From the IMG/VR virus record IMGVR_UViG_3300030376_007323, positions 1 to 64,000 of that record: 64,000 nucleotides of DNA; one strand, given 5' to 3'. The notes beneath the pieces are model-generated. The model worked only from the letters and a program-made list of their open reading frames with translations. It made no database searches and was not told the DNA's origin. Source of the stretch: a virus. Taxonomy: Duplodnaviria > Caudoviricetes. Of this stretch, positions 48,644-59,100 are shown piece after piece. The position numbers and the translations under genes were made by a program. The first letter of the stretch is position 1, and every line of letters begins with the position of its first letter.

Positions 48644-51600
48644 TTAATAACCACCACCACTAGACATACCACCACCACCTGTTGTGGTGTTTGACCCACC
48701 TAATCTAGGTGATGCGTTACCTGTTGTTGGTGTATTAGGTCTTCCACCACCACTTTGCGTTGGTGTTATGGGGTTGTCTCCTTTTATGTTTAAATCATAG
48801 TTTATTACCCAACTATCTATATCTTCGTAATTCCTGAGACTATCTACACATAAAAGATTATTTACACTTCCTTGTTTTGTAAATAAAGACTTGGTTCTAT
48901 ATTTTCTTTTATTACCTATAAACCCATCACTTAATAAATTAGTAACTTCACTTACTATTTCACTACCAAATAATTGCCCTCTATTATCTATATTATATGA
49001 GTTAGCATAACTAGATATTGGATTGGGTGTTTCTCCTGTTAATATATTATTATAATATTTAGTCCCGGGAGTAGGTGGTGTAGGTGGTGTTGTTTCCCCA
49101 ATTCTAAGTTGGTATTGTGGAGCTGGATAAGACGTATATCCTGTTGGTGATACCGTAAAGCTTCCTGTTAATGCACTCACTATTGTAGTACCAGTTACAT
49201 TATAACACCTATACACAAATTTATCTCTATGAAATACTGAGTTTTGTATTTTAACCCCACTTAACCATAGGGTAGTAGAAGGAACTAATTGTTCAATAAT
49301 CTTAACCCAATAATCACCCATAGACTGGGCGTAATCCAACATTTTTGTATATGTATATTTATTATTATCACCACAATTATTTCTTAAATAATCTAAATAC
49401 ATTTGTTGTAATGTAGGGTAACCACCTGTTTTACCATCACTTATAGTCATTCTATTCTTTGCGTCTATAAAATTTTTCCAGAAGTGTTGGTTAAATGTTT
49501 TAAAGTCGTGTAATTTTGCGTTCCATTGTGGATTTGTAGAGTCCCAGGTACCTCCTGAGTTTGGGTAGAGTGATGGTAGTGACCCCCCACTAAAGAAACA
49601 ATTACTTTGGGCGGATTGTCTCCAAACATCATAACTTAAACCTTGTCCTATATTTAAACTTAATTCAACATTTTTAACATTTAAAACTAGTTTTTCATTG
49701 TTGGTTTGATAGTAGGCATCTCTATTTTTAAATGTATAATCTCTGGTTTGTGGTCCGGGTGACTCATATGACCATGATTTTTTATCATCTATAACTCTAG
49801 TCAACCCAAAACCAAAAGACATGTGGGGAAATCTTCTAAATCTATCTAAATATGGAGATTTTAAATTATCAGAATATTGCCCTCTAGTCCAAAAACCACC
49901 CCATGTAAATGGAGCAAATTTATTGTTAATGACAGGGGTACAACCCGATAATATAGAATTATCTTCATCTAATATTAACTCAGATTTATGTTCTTCATTT
50001 CTTTCATACCATCCAGCTCCTCTTTGGAAGAAGTAGTTATTCGTAACTCTTGGTTTAGTTGGGTACCCATCTTTGTCTACTGGGTAGTCACCTTGACCCC
50101 CACTGGCTGTGTATCTAATGAATGGGTGGGTTGTGGTACCAGTAGACACATAAAACGCGGGGGATACCCCCATACTAAATAATACGGGACTAAATTTAAT
50201 AGTCTCATTAACATATGACCCTCCTGATATTTGTGCCCATCTTTTTGTAAACCTATTTTCTGGTCTAAAATGATTAGGTGATATCCAACCAGTATTAGTA
50301 TTGTCAGCTAACACCCCAAAACCTGAAGTACCGGTAAATGCACTATATTCTTCAGGCCCTCCAAATCTATACTGTAAGGGTTGTGTTAACCTAATTTTGG
50401 AGTCCGCTAAAACCACATATTCATTAAATTCTATTAGTGCCTGAGGTGCTCCTAATAATCCTAACATAAACTCAATTGACTTTCTTGTACCTTTAGAATT
50501 AAATAAATAAGCTGTATTCATTAAAATTCTTCTATATAATTCTACATCAAGTTGACTTGGTGTTTTCCCTATACTAGTACCTGAATATGTTGGGTTTGAT
50601 ACCCCTAATACACTATCTAAAAATTTTGTATTGTCTAGTGTTGATGGCGTAGACCACCCTAATGTTTTTGCAAAGTTTTTAATTAATTTATTAGGTATAT
50701 TGTTCTTACCATCATAGGTTACATTAGTCATATACGCAATACCATCCACAAAAGTTTTGATATCATCAAAACTCCTTCCATAGATTTGTAGTGTTTTTTC
50801 TACTTTCTGACCACTAGTATCAAATTCTTTCAATACTGGTGCGGTTAAAAATCTAGAGATTAAATTGGTTTTTTGTGCATCTAGTTCATCCCCCAAATTC
50901 GCTAAACTTGTTAGGTATTGGGTATAAGAACTGGTACTAATATCAAGATTGACAGCGTCCTCTAAAGGCCAAGTAATTTCTTCATTATTAAAGTAGGTAA
51001 CTCCTTGGTCGGTTTCTTTTAATAATTTAAATTTTGCGGTATATATAGGATTACATTCTCTGTTTATCAAAAAAGATTCTACATCACCAAACTCTTGGAA
51101 TTGTTTTTCACTTTCTTGTTTATTAGGTTTTAAGTAATATTGTTTAGTTGTAGTTGTGGCTGTACCCAAAGGTGCCCCTTTAACTGTTACTTCAATATAG
51201 TTTATTGATGTTGTTTGTGGTTTTAACTCTAAAATTTTATATTCTTTGTCGGTTACACTACCACTAAACGTTAAAACATATTTACTATACTCACGAGTTA
51301 AATTTCTGATTGCCGCGACACTACCATCAGCAATTTTTACTATAGTATTACTAACATGCCCAAACTGTTCTAGGTTATTGATTATTTGTTCTTTACTTAA
51401 ATGGTGTGTGATAAGATTTCCATTAGTGGTAAACTCTATATCAAATGGGTTGGATAGGTAGTTTACATTAACTCTGAAAGTTGTTTGGTTTCTTCCCGCA
51501 TCATATACGATATTGGTTGCGGTCGTATTTCCAGTATTTAAATTAATGTCGACACCATCAACAAATAAAGCAGCCGGAAAAAAATTAATTATATTTTCGG

Positions 51601-51934
51601 TAGCTACTTTTAATCTTTTATTTAAGGAACCATATAAAACAAAATTAGTTAAATCAGAAGTATCGTGATTAATGTAAACTTCTAAATTATTACTAGCTAA
51701 AGATTTTGCTAATTCTAAATCAGTAATATTTAAGGACTCTAACGTGATTGGTGCTGAAAACCCACCTAAATTATAATTTGCGTTATTTCTTCTGTTATAA
51801 TTTTGTGGTGTAGAAAAATTACCTAGGGTCATCTGAGATGAACCATCCGTAAACTGATTACCCACTAGATTATCACTAAAGGTACCCAGACCGTTTGGTG
51901 GTGCCGGGGGATATCTAAATCTATTACTAGCCAT
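48644..51934 (-). CDS. Baseplate wedge/tail protein
   Basis: LIKNFAKTLGW...YLFNSKGTRKSIEFMLGLLG resembles baseplate KGT motif. Confidence 0.65.
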   Translation of the reverse strand: MASNRFRYPPAPPNGLGTFSDNLVGNQFTDGSSQMTLGNFSTPQNYNRRNNANYNLGGFSAPITLESLNITDLELAKSLASNNLEVYINHDTSDLTNFVLYGSLNKRLKVATENIINFFPAALFVDGVDINLNTGNTTATNIVYDAGRNQTTFRVNVNYLSNPFDIEFTTNGNLITHHLSKEQIINNLEQFGHVSNTIVKIADGSVAAIRNLTREYSKYVLTFSGSVTDKEYKILELKPQTTSINYIEVTVKGAPLGTATTTTKQYYLKPNKQESEKQFQEFGDVESFLINRECNPIYTAKFKLLKETDQGVTYFNNEEITWPLEDAVNLDISTSSYTQYLTSLANLGDELDAQKTNLISRFLTAPVLKEFDTSGQKVEKTLQIYGRSFDDIKTFVDGIAYMTNVTYDGKNNIPNKLIKNFAKTLGWSTPSTLDNTKFLDSVLGVSNPTYSGTSIGKTPSQLDVELYRRILMNTAYLFNSKGTRKSIEFMLGLLGAPQALIEFNEYVVLADSKIRLTQPLQYRFGGPEEYSAFTGTSGFGVLADNTNTGWISPNHFRPENRFTKRWAQISGGSYVNETIKFSPVLFSMGVSPAFYVSTGTTTHPFIRYTASGGQGDYPVDKDGYPTKPRVTNNYFFQRGAGWYERNEEHKSELILDEDNSILSGCTPVINNKFAPFTWGGFWTRGQYSDNLKSPYLDRFRRFPHMSFGFGLTRVIDDKKSWSYESPGPQTRDYTFKNRDAYYQTNNEKLVLNVKNVELSLNIGQGLSYDVWRQSAQSNCFFSGGSLPSLYPNSGGTWDSTNPQWNAKLHDFKTFNQHFWKNFIDAKNRMTISDGKTGGYPTLQQMYLDYLRNNCGDNNKYTYTKMLDYAQSMGDYWVKIIEQLVPSTTLWLSGVKIQNSVFHRDKFVYRCYNVTGTTIVSALTGSFTVSPTGYTSYPAPQYQLRIGETTPPTPPTPGTKYYNNILTGETPNPISSYANSYNIDNRGQLFGSEIVSEVTNLLSDGFIGNKRKYRTKSLFTKQGSVNNLLCVDSLRNYEDIDSWVINYDLNIKGDNPITPTQSGGGRPNTPTTGNASPRLGGSNTTTGGGGMSSGGGY

Positions 51935-51939
51935 CCTTA

Positions 51940-52857
51940 TTATTGATTAACTATTATATTATTAAATGCTTGACTGAAGTCTATGTTGTTACCTCTATTT
52001 TGTCTTACTTCATATAATTGGTCATTAAATGCATCTCTTACTTCATATAAATCATATTGTTGGTAAATGTTGTTTAGTCCACTTAAATCATATAGTGTGT
52101 ATATACCAGTATCTATAGACTTAGCTTGATTACCGTATAATGCTATAGCTAATGTGTCGAAATCATGGTCTACCATCTCAACATCTAAAGCTAGAGGATT
52201 AAAAAATGTATTAGTAATTATAACTGATTGTCCTGGTTGCCCTATAAAAGGTATCGCGTTAGGGTTATTAGATGGTGCACTAGTAGGTGTTAAGGTACAA
52301 AAAACTAAATTTGTTCTGTTATTAGTGTATACATATCTTGGTGATATTTGATTTGGGTTTGTTAATTTTGCTGCTACTGGTTCACAATAGAAATTAGAGG
52401 TTACAATTCGGAAAAAATTACTTTTTTTGGACCCATCTAGTTCTAGATACTCTATTCTATACCCTACCAATTCTGATGGTCTAAACCTATCCCTAAATTG
52501 TACTGGAATAGCATTTAAATCAAAAACTAAACCTTTTACATTAGGAAGAGATGATAATATACCACAATCTATTATACTTGTTCTTATTTCTATAGGTCTT
52601 ATATATACAGTATATATACCTTTTTGAGCAAACACTGAGGAAGGTAATTTTAAATCATACAAACCACCTAATATTTCATTAGGGTTACCCCCAGTATTAG
52701 TATTGTGAGAGTGGGGTGCGAGTACTTGAGTAGCTGGTAATTGAGTTATTACAAAGTTACTAGTTGCACTTCTGTCTGGTTGGAAGTGCACAATGACTTG
52801 TGCGTCTTCTGGTCGTACGTCTGCTGGTCTTTTTATTCCGTATGCTCCTAATGCCAT
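51940..52857 (-). CDS. Virion structural protein
   Basis: 305-aa ORF in structural block. Confidence 0.65.
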   Translation of the reverse strand: MALGAYGIKRPADVRPEDAQVIVHFQPDRSATSNFVITQLPATQVLAPHSHNTNTGGNPNEILGGLYDLKLPSSVFAQKGIYTVYIRPIEIRTSIIDCGILSSLPNVKGLVFDLNAIPVQFRDRFRPSELVGYRIEYLELDGSKKSNFFRIVTSNFYCEPVAAKLTNPNQISPRYVYTNNRTNLVFCTLTPTSAPSNNPNAIPFIGQPGQSVIITNTFFNPLALDVEMVDHDFDTLAIALYGNQAKSIDTGIYTLYDLSGLNNIYQQYDLYEVRDAFNDQLYEVRQNRGNNIDFSQAFNNIIVNQ

Positions 52858-52860
52858 TTA

Positions 52861-53082
52861 CTATGCTTCTTTTTCTATTTTATAAAACCCATAACCATGT
52901 AACATTAATTCTCCCATATTTGGGGTTAAGTCTAGTCTTTGGGGTCTTTCAAAGACAGTTATTTTACCTCTCTCGATAAATATGTTTGAGCGGGTTTCTG
53001 GCCTTTCACATACATTCATTAATACCTCTTCTTTTGTTAAAGGAGGGATACAACCACCATATTTTACAATACCTAAACCCAT
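52861..53082 (-). CDS. Small structural-block protein (LTKEEVL..IFIERG..GYGFY)
   Basis: 73-aa ORF with its own ATATTTATA motif at 53093-53101. Confidence 0.7.
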   Translation of the reverse strand: MGLGIVKYGGCIPPLTKEEVLMNVCERPETRSNIFIERGKITVFERPQRLDLTPNMGELMLHGYGFYKIEKEA

Positions 53083-53141
53083 ATTCTTTTATTATAAATA
53101 TCTAACATCTAATTTATCTTTATTAATTGTCTAAATCCATT

Positions 53142-56100
53142 TTACATGTGTGTTTGTTGGTGTATCCCACAAATAGGTGGTACGGTAGACCATCCTTGAG
53201 GACATGGTAACGAAGATACTGATGTTGTTTGAATTGCCCATCCAGTTGGTGTGTTCACACATTTATAACATGTAATATTACTTATTACTGGTGGGCATTG
53301 GTCACCTGATTCATCACAACCACAATTCATCCAAGTCGCTGAATTACTAATTAATGAACCATTAATTATTTGACATGGTATATTAGATACATTAGATTGA
53401 CTATCCGAACCATTATTCACGACAGCACCGCTATCATTTGCACAACACCAACAACATCCGTCTTTTGCATTGGTAACACAGTCATTTAATGAATAATTAT
53501 ATACACCAACACTACCAGGGTATGGTGTCCAATTTATAGGCCACCCACCTAAGTTGGGTGCTAAATGTAATGAACAACATTCACATTCTCCATCAGGAAA
53601 ACAAGGTGCACCATCAACATCAACACCACAAGTTTGCCAACCCCCATAAGTTGCTGATGTAGTAGTGCCCACATTTTGACTTGGTATGTCACCACCTTTA
53701 CATCTTATAGCGTTAGGGTTACCCCCAGTATTAGCCATCCAACCTACCTCATCTAATAAAACACAACAATAACAACAATCATCAGTAGGGTCTACTACAC
53801 AATTATTCGCATAAAACCCACCCATATTAATACTCCAAAGACCCAAATGTAGTGGGGGATATTGTGGTACTAGACTAAAGTAACTACTTAAACTATTTAA
53901 ACATTCATCACAACCACCCCAACAATACTGTTGACAATCTTGTAGTGAGGAATATTGTCCTCCTACTTGAATCACACAATTACCATTCACACATTCGAAC
54001 TCCTTACCTGGTGCATCAGCACAGGTTTCGTCACAAGGCCACCAAATAGAAAAGTCTCCCGCGTTACTTTGAGCGGTAGTTACTGGGGTTGGGGCGAATA
54101 TGGTGCTTCCATCACAAGCTAATCCATTTACAAAATTATGATAACATACAGAAGGGTCATAAAAACTAGTAGGGTCCACAACTGTTCCTGAGTCAGTCAC
54201 AGAAATATAACAACACCCATCCAATGGACTAAGTGTGACTTCATTATAACCCCAAGTTAATCCTGGTGCCCAATTAGTTACTCCACCTGAACCATTCCCT
54301 TGTACAGGAGTTGCCATTCCTGCTGCATTATATGGTGCCCACACACCTGTAAATTCGTTTTGAATTATCGCGTGTCCTATCGTACCAATACAAGGTTTAC
54401 ATATAGGTGAAGTTGTGGCTGTCCAACAACAATCATCGGGGTCATTTAAACAATCAGCTAAGCTCGCGTATTGTCCCAGTGGTCCCGTTGGTACGCAATC
54501 ACATTTTTGTGTCGAGAGTGTTTGACCTGGTAAACCTAGATTTGCTACAACTGTTTTTTTACAATCATATCTTGTGGTAGAAGTTATACCTGTATTACAA
54601 CAAGTGTGACTTTGTTGACATTCTGATAAAGTAAGATAAGGACCAAATGGAGCTGGTACACACTTACATAAACCGTTAAGGTTGGAGACACAATCATACT
54701 TAGTCTCTGCTGTCATTCCAGTCCAACAACAATTTAATGTGTCATTTTCACAATCTGCAATACTAGTGTATTGACCCGTTGGGTCTAGTACACACTTACA
54801 TAAACCATTATTACCTACTTTACATTCGTATTTGGTGGGTGTTACACCGGTCCAACAACATTTTGCTGGGTCATTTTCACAATCGTATTGACTAGCATAT
54901 GCACCCCATACATCTGGTATACAATTACAATCAACTTGGTCACACGACCATCTAGTCATTGTTTGTGCTGAACAACAAGTAGTTGGGTCATTTTCACAAT
55001 CACTTTGGTTATAATAATGAATAAGGGGATTGTAACTAGTAATTGTACTATCAAACACACAGGTACATTGTTGTGTGGTTTGAGGGGATATAACATTTTC
55101 ACAAACCCAAAATCCACAACATGGGTCACTTAATAATGTTTGATTACATTCTCCAATAGTTGCGTACTGACCACCTGTACCCACTACCGATGTACAGGTA
55201 CATAGTGTGGATGGACATTGACAGTAATTACCTCCAAAAATTGACCCAAATGCACCACACACACCACTTATTAACGCTTTTAGTTGGTACCAGTCCATCC
55301 CATTTGTTGCGGCTAAACCAGCAGCAATTAATTGATTAACCAAGTCTTGTTTGGACTGGTAGTAGAATGGCATGTGTGCTGCTTGAAAAGCTGCGTCACC
55401 AGGACACTGAGTAAAGTTACCATAATTAGGTATTTCTAATAGATTTCCGTTATCATAACACGGGTCTGTTGTTGCATTTGCTCCTAAAGTACCTTCAAAG
55501 TAAAAACTATCAAAGGTGGTTGCTGGTGGTACTCCGTTTGCTGGGTCACATATCCATATAATCGCAGTAGATGAACCTAACGGACTTACGGGTATTTTAA
55601 TTTTATTTTGACATGTACCAGGAGATGGTGTTGTTGTGCCTGGGATACAATCATAAGTAAGTTGTTGTACTGGATTATTACAACTTGAGTTACATGGTAC
55701 CCACACTAAAGTACCACTATTACTCGCGTTGACTCCTGGACCTGCTGGTCCTGGCCATACTGGGGTATTATTCACTAAATCATTAATATAGTATTGGTAG
55801 TATGCCCCTGGATTAAATATCCAAAGATTTGCTGGGTCATCATCTACACAAACATAACAACATGAGTTACCATCCCAACTAGCACTTACAACATCTCCTA
55901 TAGAGTAGTTTGTACCACCAACCCATGCTGGTGCACTACCAACAAATGGTGTTACAGTAACTGAACCAACCATCCAACTATTCATTGGGTCATCAAAGTA
56001 GGTATAACTAATAGAACCTATTACAGAACATTCATAACAATCACAACAACCACTGTAAGAAGCAAAAAACGCTGTAGATGTTACTCCAATAATACAGTCA

Positions 56101-59100
56101 TCTAAATTATAATATATAGGATTACATGTGCCTGGAGGTTGTGGACCTGCACAGAAACAATCACTTATACAATCACCACAACCCCAAGTACAAACTGATT
56201 GACATGTCAATAAATCAATGTGTGGGCCAGAAACAAAAGTACTAGGTGGACTTGTACTAGTAAAAGCAGAACACCCTACAATATCTAAACAATAAAAATC
56301 AGTTGTAGCTAAAGTACAAGGATATCCTATTGCGGAACCAGCAGTTGCTATTTCACAAGCGTATGGTGTTAATTCACTAGGTACATTCGTACATGGACAC
56401 ATATTTACACCCCAATCTACACCATTACAATTAGATGTACCTGGAGGAGCACAATCACAACAATATCTACAAAATTGTTCACAGTCAGCTTGATTGGCAA
56501 ATCCTATTCCCGCGAAATTATTGGTTACTTGTGCATCAAAATATGTGTTCGTTGGGTCTGTTGGTCCACCAACTAGTTGTCCAATAGCCCCTTGTTGATA
56601 TAGTGCTGTTTGTCCCGCGAAATACGTACTGTTTCTACAAGCTGATATTGGTACTGCTGCACTATAGTCACCGTTTAGTGCTCCATATGTATCACACCAC
56701 CATTCTTCTGGAGGTAAACAACAATCACAACTACTAAATGCTGCCCAACAATCAAAAGCACTATCATATGTAATTACTGCAGGTGATAAAGCGTTAAATA
56801 TACAATTACCTATACCATTAGGTGGACAACCACATTCCCACGTACAATAATCTTGACAATCTTGTAAACTAGTAAAAGGTCCAGGATAACCTGGAGTATT
56901 AGGTGGTACGATAACACACCCTAATCCAGCTACACCCGCTGTAGATTCACAATTAGAAGTATAGTCACAATACCAAGTATCAGCTGACGTACTACCCGAA
57001 CAACAATCTATTATGCCTAAAGAAGAGATACAAGCATCTAAAGATAGGAAAGGGTATACTGGGTGTGTAGCACCTTGTGGCACAGGTGGGAACGTTGGGT
57101 ACCCACCAAAAAATATACCAGTATTGCTGTTATTTATAAAATCTTGTAAAACCACACAATTAGTTGTGTCTGTTACTGGGTCCTCACAATAACAAGATGC
57201 TCTACAATGTTCTTCACATGTATTACCTGTATAACAGTTTTGAGAGGCTGGTGTAAACAGGGGATTAAATACACATGAGGAAGGGGTACATCCAGTTGGT
57301 GTACATTCATAAGTTTGACTTGGTCCACCCCCACAAGGTTGACACCCTGCTGGTGGTAATCCTGGAGTTCCACCACAAGTTTCCCAAGGGTTTGGTGTAC
57401 CGTTAGTTGCTGGTCCATCATCTGGTATAAAACAACTACAATCGAATGTTGTTATACAATCGGGTGCAGTTCCTACACCACCTGCCCCCCATAGGGACGG
57501 TAACATACAAACATAACAACATAAAGGAGAATCTGCATCAGAATGATAAACTATATCATGTAATCCGTAGACAACACCTAACTGATACATTCCTTGTGGT
57601 GTTAAAACAGTCCCACCCATCCCTATACTATTCATATAATCATCACATGGACAAACACAATCATCTACCGCACTTACTGAACAAACGTAGTCCCCGAAAG
57701 AATTTAAAGCTAAATTACTGGTACATTCCACCATAGTACAATAAGGTAATAAAGGGTTGGTACCTGTAGGGTCACATGCCGATGCAGCCGCAGCATTTAC
57801 ATATTGTACGTAATAACAAGGCCAGTTACCGGGTGGAAAAAGTTGTTGGTTACCTGGTAGGGTAGCTAAAGCTTCGGTATCATCACATTCTGCGTGACAA
57901 CATTCGGTTGCTTCACAGCACGCAGAGAAACTACTATAGCCAGTAAAACCGGGAGCTGGATTAGAAAATCCTAATAAATTTTGTGCCATATAATAGCCAC
58001 TAACCCCATCTTGACAAAATGTGGGTCCTTGGTAATTGGTGCTACTAGGGTCTATATCTATAAAACAATCCCAACCTGCGTTACACGCACATAAAGTTTG
58101 GCAATCTATGTTTCCTTGAGCTGTACCTGAAAACCAAGTTACATTATCTATAATTCCAGCACATGGACTTTGTAATGTACATGGTGTCATAGAAGTACAA
58201 TCACAAACATAACATTGTTCTATTTGTGTACAATCCGCTGTACATGCAGAATAACCATATCCTGGGTAAGTAGCGTTGCTAGGTGAAACCCAAGGACCCC
58301 AACCACAACCACAGTCATAACATTCCACACAAGGTTGATTTATGGTCTCACAAGACCAACCACAAGGTACTATACCACCCCCCATAGTTGCTGGGTCTTG
58401 TTGACATTCTTGTAGGTTTGCGTAGGTACCACCAATGGTTACCTCATAACATCCCTCACAACAACTCCATTCATAACCAGTATAATCACAACATGCTGAC
58501 GTACTGTATTGGTAACCTAAATCAGTTGTAAATGCTGTACCAGCGTTACATGCTGATAATCCAAAATCTGGTGTAAAATAAAATTGTTCATAAACAGCTA
58601 ACCACTCGTTGGGTGTTAGACCGTTAGGTAAGACTCCAGGTACTAAGCCCATCACACTAGTTACTGTGTTAGTGTATAATCCTGGAGTTGCATTTGCATC
58701 GTCTTCCGCACATGAGAATAATGTACAACATTCACTAGCGTTTGATGCTGTCGGTGTTGTACAAGAAAATGCTGGTGGATTACACCACCCTTCACAATCC
58801 ATTTGTGAATTAAATACAGGTCCTGCTAGTGGGTTGAGTGGGTCAAAACTTGTATACGCGGAATGACTAGAATCAATTTCTATACACCCTACACAATCAT
58901 ATTGATTTTCACACACCCATTTATCTGGAAAACATTCACCATCATCAAAATCATCTTTACAATCTTCATAGTATTGGTACCCCTGTAGAATATTAGTAGT
59001 TGTTGTTATTCCCGTACCTGGTACTAATTCACAACCATATAATGGTATATTATTTAAATCTTGGGGACAAATCCATGTTGAACACCCAACATACTCCCAA

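Noticed and set aside
935-53101. TATAAATA as a canonical T4 gp55 late promoter
   Set aside because: It is consistently on the template strand relative to the adjacent gene, so the functional orientation is TATTTATA
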